Assembly: GCA_033442325.1 (NCBI GenBank)
Contig: JAWQFM010000025.1
Span: 1,004,467-1,041,348 of the forward strand
Direction: 5' to 3'
Length of the DNA: 36,882 bases
Origin: Salpingoeca rosetta
Lineage: Eukaryota > Protista > Choanoflagellata
Made by a program: the position numbers and the translations under genes. The notes beneath the pieces are model-generated. The model was not told the DNA's origin and ran no database searches. It saw only the letters and a program-made list of their open reading frames with translations. Every line of letters begins with the position of its first letter. Position 1 is the first letter of the stretch. This document shows positions 23,378 to 36,882 of the stretch, in pieces.

Positions 23378-23639
23378 TTGGCACAGTAAACAGGACGCGA
23401 CGGCGTTCTGACAACGAGGCGAGGCAAGCACAGCAAGCCAAGCCGGACGCTCGACTCGAACTGTTGCAGACAACACACAACACACACACTCACACACACG
23501 CACTCACTCACTTTGCGCGTGGCTCAGACGTGTTGTTGGCGATGGCGCGAATCAGGTCCTTTACCTCCTCATCTTCGATCTGCGTCTGCACCAACAGGCC
23601 CTCCACCTCCTCGCTCACTGTCTTCTGTCCGCCGGACAT
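21643..23639 (-). pseudogene. Disrupted gene with N-terminal RI-like LRRs and a C-terminal TIR-like domain
   Basis: Exon 23639-23512 MSGGQKTVSEEVEGLLVQTQIEDEEVKDLIRAIANNTS. LRR exons DGGMRALAVAVKDNTTVTRL, LSSNHISPEGATALAQGLKHNATIARL, and an out-of-phase APDGAVALADALTHNTAVTQL. Exon 22274-22129 has a frameshift and ends LQE*YDVFIGYR (TGA at 22152-22154). Exon from ~21939 reads VAFLDANNLEPGLDFKLSLMTAIALSLVAC..DYCDDVLLKWMTML. Confidence 0.75.
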
Positions 23640-24427
23640 GGCCGATGATGGAGTTGGTGGGGCTGCTGTGCGTGGCGGTGGTGCTTGAAGGTCGTGTCGT
23701 CAACGGCGGTTTGACCGAAATTCCAAACAGCCAACGGTTGACAAAACCGGACGAGACACTGGCTGCTGCACGAACAACAAGTCAACGCAAAGGTGAGGTG
23801 GAGGGGGTGAGGTGCAGTGAGGGGAGGTGTCATTGGTGGTGTTGTGCGTGCCACGTTCCTTCCTTCCTTCCCCTTCTTCGTCCTCGCTGACGCATTCACA
23901 CACATTCACACATGCAGGGAGGGTGTACACACCGTCTCTCTTCTCCCTTCTCCCTTCCATCCATCCTTCCATCGTTGTCCATTTCCTTCTCCTGTGATGA
24001 ACCACGCACAACCAACCAACCAACCAACGACCACATGAATGACACATCTATCGACAGGTGAGACTTTTTCCTCCCACTCCGTGCTCCTCTTCCCCTTCTT
24101 CTCCTTGCACACTGCGCACAGCAACAACAACCACCACCATCAACAACAACAACACCACAGCGTACGCTGTCACCGTGCACACACACATGTGGACCACAAT
24201 CCGTGCATCCATGGGTGGTTGGATCACAACCAACACACCACTGCGTGTGGCACTCACAACTGCACACACACACACACACTTGCTCACCGTTGTGTGGTGA
24301 CAGAACAACTGCCATCAGCCACCGTCATGCAGCGGCGACCCTGAGAATGGATCATGCAACCTCTCAACCAGTGAGCAGCACACACATGAGAGAGAGGGGG
24401 AAATGACATCAACCAACATCACAGCCA

Positions 24428-24471
<44 letters not shown>

Positions 24472-27288
24472 ACGAGTTGTGTTCCTTCTCATCCTCCTGC
24501 CTTCTCCTCCTTTCTGTCTGTGACACGCTGGTCACTGTTGTTGTTGTTGCTTGTTGCTTGCTTGTTTGTTGTGGGTGTAGATGGATGTCTTCCATCATCA
24601 TCATCATCAGCAGCAGCAGCAGCAGCAGGTGCTGGCTGATGCGTGAGGCAGTGGGCAACCCCCACCAACCAACCCACAAACGACTACATGCTGACGGATG
24701 AATGGTGATCCAACCACTGCATCACCCAGACAGTTGTGCATGTGTGTGTGTGTGTGTGTCGACGTGCACGTGCTCTTCTCCACCCATCCACACGCCATCA
24801 TCACCACCTCCTCATGTTCTTGTGTGTTTGCTCACATCCTTCCCTTCCCACCCTCAACACCACCACCACCACCACCCTCCACGCTTGCTTGTTTCCCCTT
24901 CCTTCCTTCTGCTGTTGCCGCACACAGGGCCTTGAGCCAGAAGCTGTCACCCCTCCACCAACCACCGCTGCTCTCGTGGGATGAACAGACGAGCATTGCC
25001 ATGTAATGGTCATCCAGCCACGCCTGTGCGGCTGTGGAAACAGCAACACCAACACACACCACACCACAAGCAAGCGATGAACAACGTGAGTGCATCTCTC
25101 CATGTGCGTGTGTATGCTGCGCACCGCACCAGTGTGCGTGTTTTGTGCTCGCTGTCTCTGTTTCTCCTGTCTCCCCTTGTTGTCCACATCAATGTGCATG
25201 CATGTGTGTGGTGCAGCTGCCTGTTTTGCCTTGCTTGATGCGCTGTCTCATTCGACGTTCTCACACACAACTGCCTGCACACTTGCACATTCTCCACCTT
25301 GCCGCTGCTTATATTCCCCTCTCTTCCTCGCCCTCCCTGACGGCCATCACAACAACAGCAACAACAACAACAACACCAGCAGCAGCCAACACACCCTCCA
25401 CCGCCGATGCAGCAGCAGCAGAGGATGCACCACCACCATCACTTGCTGCTGAACACATCCCCCAACCAACCAACCAAGCCATCACCCAATGCTGCTGCTG
25501 GCGGAAGCTGGCTGTTTGCAGCTGGGAACAGGTGGCGACAGCACAAGTTGCATTTTCGGCTGGAAGCAGCAGCAGAGGTGAGGGCGAGAAGAAGAGGGGA
25601 AACGGCGAAGATATGTGTTGGCTGGATGGATGGATGGATGGATGAGGTGGGGTGGGGGATGCTGGGTGAGTGTGGTGTGGTGTGGTTGGCTGGTTGGTGA
25701 CAGAGGACGGTGGTGTGGTGGTGGGGAAGAGGAATGGATGGATGGGTGGATGGAATGGGGTGCAGCATGTCTTGTTCTTTCCCTTCTGTTTTCTGTTTTC
25801 TCTCTCTTCCCTTTCTCCTCCTTCACACACAAATGCATGCACAACACCAGCAGAGGCATCAGCAGCATCAGTGTAGCTGCGCACATATTCATGCTCCCTC
25901 TTGCCCCTCACTCACTCACCACGCTGGTGCTCGCACACAAACACACTCACAGGCGATGCGCACACGCACAGGCAGGATGAGGGAAATGTCGAGGATACTT
26001 GCCACGCGTGCCAGCTGCACTCGCCTCACACATGGTATGTGGGTGGTGATGGGCGGTTGGTTGGTGGTGTGATAGGGTGCGGTGATGGTGCTGGGGTGCG
26101 GTAAAGCGAACACGAGGGAAGGGGGTTGATGGGGGGGGGTTGATGGACACACACATCGACACACACGCACACGTGTGAATGTGGTGTCAGTCACTCGTTC
26201 TGCTGTGCTGACGTGATGGCTTACTCTGTGCCTGTTGTGTTCTGTTCCCATCCACGTTCCCTGCAACCACACACACACATACATATGCACAGGTGGCGAG
26301 GTACCAGCACACATCAGGATGGTGATGGAAGCGGGCTAGCATGCCGGCTGCTGCTGCAACTTCCCCGATTCAGCTGCCGCTGCTGTGCTCATGCAGTATT
26401 CCTACATGCGTGAGCCCATCATGGATGCTTTGGTTGGCACATGGTGCATGTGTTGTTGTTGTTGCTGTGGGTGTGCTTGTTGTTGCTGCTGCTGTGTCTC
26501 GTGCACCAGTGTAGCTGTGCGACTCACATGCAATGTGTGCGTGTGTGTTATTGCGGCTGTAGGGAGCGACTGCCTGAGGATCGTTGGAGGATGATGGGCG
26601 GTACACACACATGATAGATTGGGAGGAGCAGCTGTGGACACACACGTCCATGGCCATGGCGGGCACATCCAACCACAGTGACGCAGTCATGTGCAGGTGT
26701 GTGTGCGTGTGTGTGTGTCGTGGGGCGAACAGGAGGAAAGCAAAAGAGGGGCAGCAGGAAGGTGAACACGTCTGCTGTGCTCACATGCCATGCATGTGTG
26801 TTGTGTGTGATGATGTCGTTGTGTCTTGTCGTTGTGTGTTGGTTGTACGGGCACCAGGGCCACGTCAGAGGAGGGGAAAGAAGCCGCCATGAACGACCCA
26901 TCATCATCATCATCATCATCAACCTTCCCCATTTCTTTCTCCTTTCTCGCTCTTCCACCTCAGCTCCTCTGTCATCACCGTCATCATCATCGCCATCGAC
27001 TGCACAGCCGCCATCACACTCCGGCTCACACCAGCCCCAATCTGGCGTGATGCAGACATTGCACATGTCAGTCGCTCTCATGAAGAGGTGAGCAATGTGT
27101 GTGTGTGTGTGTGTGTGTGTCGTGGTGGTGAGTGGGGACAACATGTGTGCGTGTGGTTGTGTGTCAGTGTGGATGGTTGAAATGGGGCTGGCGTGTGGTT
27201 GATGATGCGTCGCTGTCAACCTCACCCCCTGCATTCTCTCCCATTTTGTGTCTGTGCACACACATTTCACAGCGTTGAGGAGGCGCGC

Positions 27289-27355
<67 letters not shown>

Positions 27356-27996
27356 GTTCATGCCGACACCAACTGCACCACGGCGTCTTCCTGGCCCACC
27401 GTGCTCAAGATGGTGTGCGGCACACTGCTGTTTGCCCAAGGCGCCCCCTCGACATGTGCCTGTGCAAGGCTTAGCGCATCAGCTCAGGCACGCAGCTGGT
27501 GTTCAGCAAAGAGGGTGGGCGGGGTCTGCCTCGACTACTCCCGGACCCAAGCATGCAGGCTGAGACATTGCCATGCCGGACCCCCCCCCCCGGCAGCCTT
27601 CATCCAGACCGCACGAAACGCGGCAGCCCAGAACGGACACCATTGTGCTCGAAAACGCCACCACAACGACAAACGTGCGCGATCTCACCACATTCACGTG
27701 CAGACACATCAACGCGACCCTCTTGTAGGCCTCCGTGGCCTGTTGCTGTTGTTCTTCTCCTTGTTGCTGTGTTGGAATGTACGTCAGCAATAAGCAGTCC
27801 TCCACTACAGTCCGCAACAACAGCATGCGTCATCCGTTACAACAGCATGCGTCATCAGTTACAACTGCATACGTCATCAGCAACACCAACGACATAATCA
27901 AGAACATGTACTGTCTACGTGTTGTCATTTATCCTACAGCTTTTCTATGCGTTGAGTCTACATCATACACAGTATCCACACATCTGAACATGCTGG

Positions 27997-28908
27997 NNNN
28001 NNNNNNNNNNNNNNNNNNNNNNNNNNNNNNNNNNNNNNNNNNNNNNNNNNNNNNNNNNNNNNNNNNNNNNNNNNNNNNNNNNNNNNNNNNNNNNNNNNNN
28101 NNNNNNNNNNNNNNNNNNNNNNNNNNNNNNNNNNNNNNNNNNNNNNNNNNNNNNNNNNNNNNNNNNNNNNNNNNNNNNNNNNNNNNNNNNNNNNNNNNNN
28201 NNNNNNNNNNNNNNNNNNNNNNNNNNNNNNNNNNNNNNNNNNNNNNNNNNNNNNNNNNNNNNNNNNNNNNNNNNNNNNNNNNNNNNNNNNNNNNNNNNNN
28301 NNNNNNNNNNNNNNNNNNNNNNNNNNNNNNNNNNNNNNNNNNNNNNNNNNNNNNNNNNNNNNNNNNNNNNNNNNNNNNNNNNNNNNNNNNNNNNNNNNNN
28401 NNNNNNNNNNNNNNNNNNNNNNNNNNNNNNNNNNNNNNNNNNNNNNNNNNNNNNNNNNNNNNNNNNNNNNNNNNNNNNNNNNNNNNNNNNNNNNNNNNNN
28501 NNNNNNNNNNNNNNNNNNNNNNNNNNNNNNNNNNNNNNNNNNNNNNNNNNNNNNNNNNNNNNNNNNNNNNNNNNNNNNNNNNNNNNNNNNNNNNNNNNNN
28601 NNNNNNNNNNNNNNNNNNNNNNNNNNNNNNNNNNNNNNNNNNNNNNNNNNNNNNNNNNNNNNNNNNNNNNNNNNNNNNNNNNNNNNNNNNNNNNNNNNNN
28701 NNNNNNNNNNNNNNNNNNNNNNNNNNNNNNNNNNNNNNNNNNNNNNNNNNNNNNNNNNNNNNNNNNNNNNNNNNNNNNNNNNNNNNNNNNNNNNNNNNNN
28801 NNNNNNNNNNNNNNNNNNNNNNNNNNNNNNNNNNNNNNNNNNNNNNNNNNNNNNNNNNNNNNNNNNNNNNNNNNNNNNNNNNNNNNNNNNNNNNNNNNNN
28901 NNNNNNNN
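27997..28908. other. Assembly gap (N run)
   Basis: Run of N. Confidence 1.
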
Positions 28909-29030
28909 GCCCGCGGCACCAAGAAGCCACCAAGCCCACCGTCCGCGCCACACGGATTGCCCACTGAGCGATTGACCTCCAACCAAACCCCACAACCCTA
29001 CGCCGCTCCTCAGGCTCCACACACACAGCC

Positions 29031-31091
<2,061 letters not shown>

Positions 31092-31249
31092 GGGTTTGCG
31101 TGTGTTGTCGTTCTTTCCTTCACATACATGCTTTCCCCTTGCTTTTACTTGTTTGACATTGCTTGTTTCACACTTTAGTCAACTCTTCATGCAATCCAAC
31201 CGGCTGATAAGCAACGAGCATACAACCTTCCACACCACACGTCAACCAA

Positions 31250-31991
31250 ACAGGTCGTGTTCCCCAACCCATCCACGCGGATACGTCCGCCTTGCCCATC
31301 AGCAGCTCCAGGTGCGGCCGGTGGAAAAGTGGCTCCGTCAGCACGTTGGACTGCAACAGTATCTGCAGGCGGCGGGTTCGGCCGTTCAGCGTGCACGACG
31401 CCCAGCAGCTTTGTCGGAGGGCTGGGTCGCCAGCCTGTACTCGTTGTCCATCCATGACCGTGCGGAACAGCAAGTCGTCGCTGCAGGCCCACGCCAATCG
31501 GCGATGCGCCCAACTCTCGTGCTGCACCTCCACCACCGTCTCCCTCCTCCGGGTTCAGGTCGCCCCTCCCCAGCGACAGGTCCCACCATACAAATGGGCT
31601 GCAGCGCCATCAGGAACGTGAAGAGGCGCGTCCCGGCAGCGTGCTTCCGCAACCCTGCACGTGCGGAGAAATGCCACGTCGGTCTTTCTGCGCACTGTGT
31701 CCGCAAACACGGCGGCAATCCCTGACAGCAGCTGCAGCTCCGTCTCGAACGGCGCCTGCAGCGTCTTCTCGTTGACGACCACGTGCGTGTCCTTGCCCAC
31801 CTCGCGCGCGCGCGTGTACTCAGGCGAGAAGTTGGAGCACACCTCCCGCGTGTGGGGTGCACCCGTCCACCTGCGCAAACCACAATCGTGTTGAGGGTGT
31901 TGTTGTGCTGTAAACGTGCACTTGGGGTCCCCGGCTCCCTCCACACGTGCCTGCCGGGGTCGGCGAGCGACCTGAACCCATACGGCTGTGG
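31250..31991 (-). pseudogene. Frameshifted exon fragments of an unidentified gene
   Basis: Microsatellite-free, coding-like stretches (HTREVCSNFSPEYTRAREVGKDTHVVVNEKTLQAPFETELQLLSGIAAVF; RLFTFLMALQPICM; LQILLQSNVLTEPLFHRPHLELLMGK) that sit in different frames. Family not recognised. Confidence 0.35.
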
Positions 31992-32097
31992 NNNNNNNNN
32001 NNNNNNNNNNNNNNNNNNNNNNNNNNNNNNNNNNNNNNNNNNNNNNNNNNNNNNNNNNNNNNNNNNNNNNNNNNNNNNNNNNNNNNNNNNNNNNNNN
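31992..32097. other. Assembly gap (N run)
   Basis: Run of N. Confidence 1.
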
Positions 32098-33391
32098 GAA
32101 ACGACGCCACGATAGAAGGGCAAATGACTGGGCGTGGACGAGGAGGCGTTGTGGCAACGGAGCATGTCAGCTGAACACACTTGTCGACATAGATGAAGTG
32201 CAATGCCTGCAACAGTGAGGAGAGATGGTCGCCTGTTGGACAGGCGAGGAGACGGGTGAGTGATGGATGAGAAGGAGCACGACAGGTACACACGGGGGAC
32301 TCAGGTGAACCGCAAACAAGGGTGCAGACAAGGGCGCAAACGCACGCACGCATGAACGCACGCACGCACCGTCGATGGAGATGCCTGCGTCGTTGGCAAG
32401 AGCGAGCCAGGTGTGGGTGACGGTGGCGGCGGCGATGGTGTTGATGCGTTTCAGCTCTTCATTCGATTGAGACAGCTGCCGTACACGGGGTGCAATGGAG
32501 AAGGAATGGTGGTGGTGGTGGTGGTGGTGGTAGTGGTGGTTGAGTGAGAAGGGTGAGAGACGCTCTTCATGGAAGGACAGACTTAATTCCCCAATGCAAG
32601 TTCACACACACACTCACACACACGTTCATCCGCACACACACACACACACACTCAAACACAATCTCACCCACCATCCTCGTTCTCGTCATCAATGCTGAGG
32701 CCTGCGGCGGCGGTGCGCTTGCGGTCAGACATGAGCGTGGTCAGGACACAGAAGAGCTGCAGAATGTGGATGAAGTGCAGGGTGCTCAGGCAGTCCAGGA
32801 TGCCGTTCAGCATGAGCGCAAATGGGTGCAGCAGCTTCGGGTGGTCTGTGGCCAGCGACAGTAGCAGCACAGGCATGGCTGCGTCCACCTCCTGTGCCTG
32901 CCCCGTGCCAATGTGCGCCACCAGGGCCCCGACCACCTCCGGCCGTTAAGGCGAGGTCGCGGCACGCGGCCCCCTGCCGCTGGCTCAGGATGTCCGCCAT
33001 GTGCACAATCGACTTGAAGCACATCAAGAACGCGCGCGTGTGTCTGGCAAACGTGGCAGCGGCCATGGCGGCGATGAGCCGGCCCGTGCTTGCAAGCTTG
33101 ATGACGGTGGTCTCTGCGCCGCGGCGGTGGGCGTTCTGGTGCTTGGTAAAGCAGCAACAGCACAAGCAGATCGAGGGCGGTGATTGGCTGGGCCGTGGTC
33201 GTCTTGAGTTGGCCGCAGCCACGCCTTTGCAATGCGCGCATCAAATGCCAGCCCGTTCTTGATGGCATCCACCACACACAAGCACATGGTGATCGTCGCC
33301 CCGTTGTTGGTGTTGCATGTTCGCTGTCAGCGCATTCACATCATCCATTCCATCCGCTGAACATCAACGTGCATGTGTGTGAGTGTGTGTG

Positions 33392-33449
<58 letters not shown>

Positions 33450-33905
33450 AGGCATATGAGGGATCGGCTGCGAGAGAACAAGCCACAGTGACACGTGCAG
33501 GCGGGCGCGTGTGAGATCGCAATCACACACTGTCACACACTGCGGCAACATCTGCCACTCCCCTCAACAACAGCGCCACCTTGCTGCATGAGAAACTTGA
33601 TGACGACTGAAGGCACTCTGGGCTGTACGATCCAAGCTGGCTCAACACGTGGTCGCAGATCTGGCACAGGCGTACCGGCGCCACACTGCACAGCAAGGGT
33701 GTGGATGAGGGTGGTCGTGGTGTGTGTGTGTGTGGGTGGGGGGGAGATGGGTGAGGGATGATGGTGGAATGGCTGCGTCGCAATCCAAGAACATGGTGGC
33801 TGAGGATCACTCCGCAGATACACAGCATCATCAACAACACCACCAACATCAGTGTTCGCACTTGAGATTTGAGAATGTGTCGAGGATGGCCGGCGCCAAC
33901 GACGG
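32098..33905 (-). pseudogene. FANCD2: Internal, intron-containing, multiply frameshifted fragment of FANCD2
   Basis: Blocks colinear with the FANCD2 N-terminal solenoid as recalled: PSLAPAILDTFSNL; VLSQLGSYSPECL/VVIKFLMQQ (cf. KLSSIRLEDLPVIIKFIL); VVDAIKNGLAFDARIAKAWL; ALDLLVLLLLY; EVVGALVAHIGTGQAQEVDAAM..LMLNGILDCLSTL..LFCVLTTL (cf. [42 protein letters not shown]); LSQSNEELKRINTIAA. At least four frame switches. Confidence 0.85.
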
Positions 33906-33957
<52 letters not shown>

Positions 33958-33963
33958 ATGTGT

Positions 33964-34010
<47 letters not shown>

Positions 34011-34168
34011 GTGTGTTTGTGGTGGGAGGGGGCAATGACGGACGAGCGCATTGCGTCGTGACACCCACACCAAGCAAGGCTGGCGTACCAAGGGTGCACA
34101 TCAACGACAGGTGAACAAGCCAAAGTGTCGCTCGCATGTTCCAGTCATGGTTGTTGGCTTGCGCTCAC

Positions 34169-34232
34169 CTCACTGTGCTGATGAAGCAGGTGTTGTTGGC
34201 AATGGTTGTGATGTTGTCCTTCACTTCATCAC
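34169..34232 (-). pseudogene. Isolated fragment of exon 1 of the same LRR family as 21643-23639
   Basis: DEVKDNITTIANNTCFISTV followed by a phase-2 GTGAG donor; matches EEVKDLIRAIANNTS and its phase-2 donor at 23512. Confidence 0.6.
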
Positions 34233-35055
34233 CTTTCTTACTCACATGTGTGTGTGTGTGTGTGTGGTTGCTGTGGTGCAGCTGTCTTCTCGCTTGTGTA
34301 TCTGCTGTCCTTTGTACAACCAGCTTGTGTTGATGTTCTTTGGTTGCTGTGGTTGCTTTCCTCGTCCGCCACTGCCCATCATCTGCATCACTGCAGACAG
34401 CGACAAAAGAAATGCCACCAACACCACCACACAGGTTTGTTTGTTCTTCCACACGCGCATGTGTGTGTGTGTGTGTGTGTGTGTGTGCTTTGATGAGTTG
34501 TTTCCTTTCGTCAACAAACATTGTGAACCGCACCATCATCATCAACATCACGTGTTCGTGTTGTCGCAGACGAGACACAGCGCATAGCAATGGCAATGTG
34601 CTTCTCTCTCACTCACTCTCACACACACTCACACACACACTCACTCACACACACAACCTCGATTGACCAGGCCATGCACTGCGGCATGGTGAGATACAGA
34701 CACCAGGGGCGTGCCACTTGAGAGCATCATCATCTTCCCCTGTTATACCAGCTGCCCTGAGGTGAGTGCGTACTTGTGCATGTGCGCATGTGTGAGCGTG
34801 CGTGTGCGTAACACCGTGTGTTTCCAAATCGTGTATCAAGCAAGATGGTGCCATGGTGAATTGAAGGTGGTGACGCACTGCGCATGCTAAACTTTTGACT
34901 TCGGCTTCAACTTCCCTCCCTAACCCTCATGGCCATCACCATCACGAAGGGGGGTGTAAAAGAAAGGGGTTTTTGCCCCAGGGAATCTTCAGAAATCAGC
35001 GGCCGTAACAGCCCCCTCCCCCCCATTTTTTAAAATTTTCACGAAGGTGACTAGA

Positions 35056-35152
<97 letters not shown>

Positions 35153-35254
35153 CAACATGTCGATTGATGGGATTTCAACTCGACTGTATGCACACTCACC
35201 TACTATCTTGATCCATACACACGAACCCCCCTCGACATACAATATCACACAACC

Positions 35255-36506
35255 TGTTGACAGCAAGTGTGTGCTGTACGAGAAGCCAGCGGGACGATGG
35301 GCACGGGCGCCAACGTCGACGTCATTGTGCCGCACACCATCAACTCATACAGCGACGGCGGCGACGCAGAAGCAGGTATGTGTGCTGTGTACACGTGCGT
35401 GTGTGCATTTGAGAAGCTTACACGGTCGTTTGCATCCTATCCAGCCCCATCGTCTCACCGCCACTCAACATCTTCTTTCATCTTCTTTTTCTGTTCTCAG
35501 GTGGCGGCATTCCCATGTGCACGCTGCGCAGCTTCCCGCACCTCATCGAGTGGGGCGCGGGCCAAGTTCGGGGACCTGTTTGTGAGCCCTGCGTCGCAGC
35601 TGCAGCAGTTCCTGGAGGACCCTGAGGGCTTCATCTCGGGGCTGCAGACGAAGATTGAGCAGCACGAGCGGATTGGCGCCCTCGAACGCGGCGTGGACAC
35701 GCTCAAGGCCATCAAGGACCTCGCCGCACAGGTGCTGGTGTTTGTTGTTGTTGTTGAAGGTGGCAGCGTGTGGTAGTTGTGTGATGGATGTGTGATGGAT
35801 GTGATGGAGGTTTGTGATGACACGCCCTTTCCTGGTGATGAGGGTTCACACCACCACCACCACCACTACAGCTGGCGCGTGTTATGCCTCAGCTGCAAGA
35901 GAAGCCGACGATGGAGACGTGAGTGTCGCTGGCGTGGCGCGACTTTCACGCGTTTTTCCGCGACGTCATTCTGGACCTCATCGCCACCTTCCCCGCAGAC
36001 GCAAAGACCAAGAGTGGAGAGCCCTTCTGGTCAGGTGAGGACTCGTGTGTGTGTGTGTGCGTGCGTGTGTGTGTGTGCGTGCGTGTGTGTGTCTGTGTTT
36101 GTGTGTGTGTGTGTGTGCGTGTATGTGTGTGTGTGTTCGCTCTGGCAGCACCATCCACACCGCAACTGATCGCGTGTTTGCCTCGTTCCATTGCTCCGCA
36201 CCCTCGCGTGTGCTGGCCACAAAGACCACAAGATCTTCCCCGAGGCGCTCGAGTTTGATCCGCAGAATCCGTTGCACAAGGAGTTTCTGATTGCCGCCGC
36301 CAACCTCTACGCATGCGTCTGCAAGGTGGGCTGGCTGTGGGGCGACTTGTTTGCTTTGGAGTGAGGTGGTGGTGGCGGTTGCTTGGGGTCGGGTGGTGGC
36401 GTTTGTGTGCAGTCGTGTTATGCTGACGCCATTGCCTCATCTGCGATGATGTTCAGGTGCACCCGACCAAGTACCCGAGTAAGGAGAACAAGCTCCACAT
36501 CAAGCG
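35255..36506 (+). pseudogene. Fragment of a ubiquitin-activating enzyme E1 (UBA1/UBA6-like) with frameshifts and a premature stop
   Basis: VDSKCVLYEKP/SGTMGTGANVDVIVPHTINSYSD (LLE missing, frame shifted). IPMCTLRSFPHLIE/W-ARAKFGDLFVSP (catalytic Cys motif, then a deletion and frameshift). [36 protein letters not shown] (TGA at 35920-35922). [29 protein letters not shown]. Introns are retained. Confidence 0.88.
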
Positions 36507-36882
36507 GTGAGCCGTGATGTGTGTGTGTGTGTGTGTGTGTGTGGGTGTGGCGCATCCTGAAGCTGCTGCTCTTCCACTGCAGCAGCTGTTCCTTTCTCTT
36601 CTATTGGTGCTTTGACCTTTCTTTCGTGTTCCGTCCACGTTGCGTGCGTTGGCTCAGTTCTTTGGCTCACACCATCGGGCACGTTCAATACAGCCACTCA
36701 TCCATCCAACAACACTTCCCTCTCAACACAAACCACGAATATACATCGCACATCCATTTCAGCACCAGTCTTCCCAGGACATCAAGAACATCAAGCAGCC
36801 AAGCAGATACGCACTCCTACTCTTGTCTCTCTGAGGCCTCCTGGCAGCTGTCCTTCTGCTTCTTCTGGGCATGAAGGCTACT

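Noticed and set aside
34915-35250. Homopolymer-rich, AT-richer stretch with one CCCTAACCCT, a possible telomeric seed or foreign insert
   Set aside because: A single telomere-like unit is not significant. The sequence flanks a long (GT)n and resembles degraded sequencing where E1 exons would be expected.
35920-35922. In-frame TGA at a probable Cys position in the E1 gene, a possible selenocysteine or readthrough
   Set aside because: The same fragment has independent frameshifts and deletions, so a nonsense mutation is the simpler explanation.
32098-36506. FANCD2, ubiquitin E1 and POLK as a functional DNA-repair cluster
   Set aside because: The FANCD2 and E1 sequences are broken fragments ~24 kb or more from POLK, so co-location is probably coincidental.

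Overview
Intron-rich eukaryotic DNA packed with (GT)n/(CA)n microsatellites. Gene families and intron style point to a choanoflagellate such as Salpingoeca rosetta (inference). Most ORFs in the six-frame track are microsatellite artefacts, so genes were rebuilt by hand from GT-AG exons. The left part (1-20.8 kb) is an intact gene block: 3' part of an ENO4-like pseudo-enolase (+), DNA polymerase kappa (+), PP2A B55 subunit (-), a PDE12/CCR4-type EEP nuclease (+), and a 706-aa secreted protein (+). That protein reads signal peptide - Hedgehog N-terminal ('Hedge') domain - vWA - PPC-like/cadherin-like beta-sandwiches - C-type lectin, with no Hint domain and no transmembrane helix. The right part (21-36.9 kb) looks like a rearranging accessory zone. 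It holds a broken LRR...TIR gene with a 507-bp tandem duplication, an intact HET/TIR-like + 42-aa TPR gene with a Cys-rich hydrophobic tail, frameshifted intron-containing fragments of FANCD2 and of a ubiquitin E1, and two assembly gaps. All family calls come from motif recognition by eye; no searches were run.
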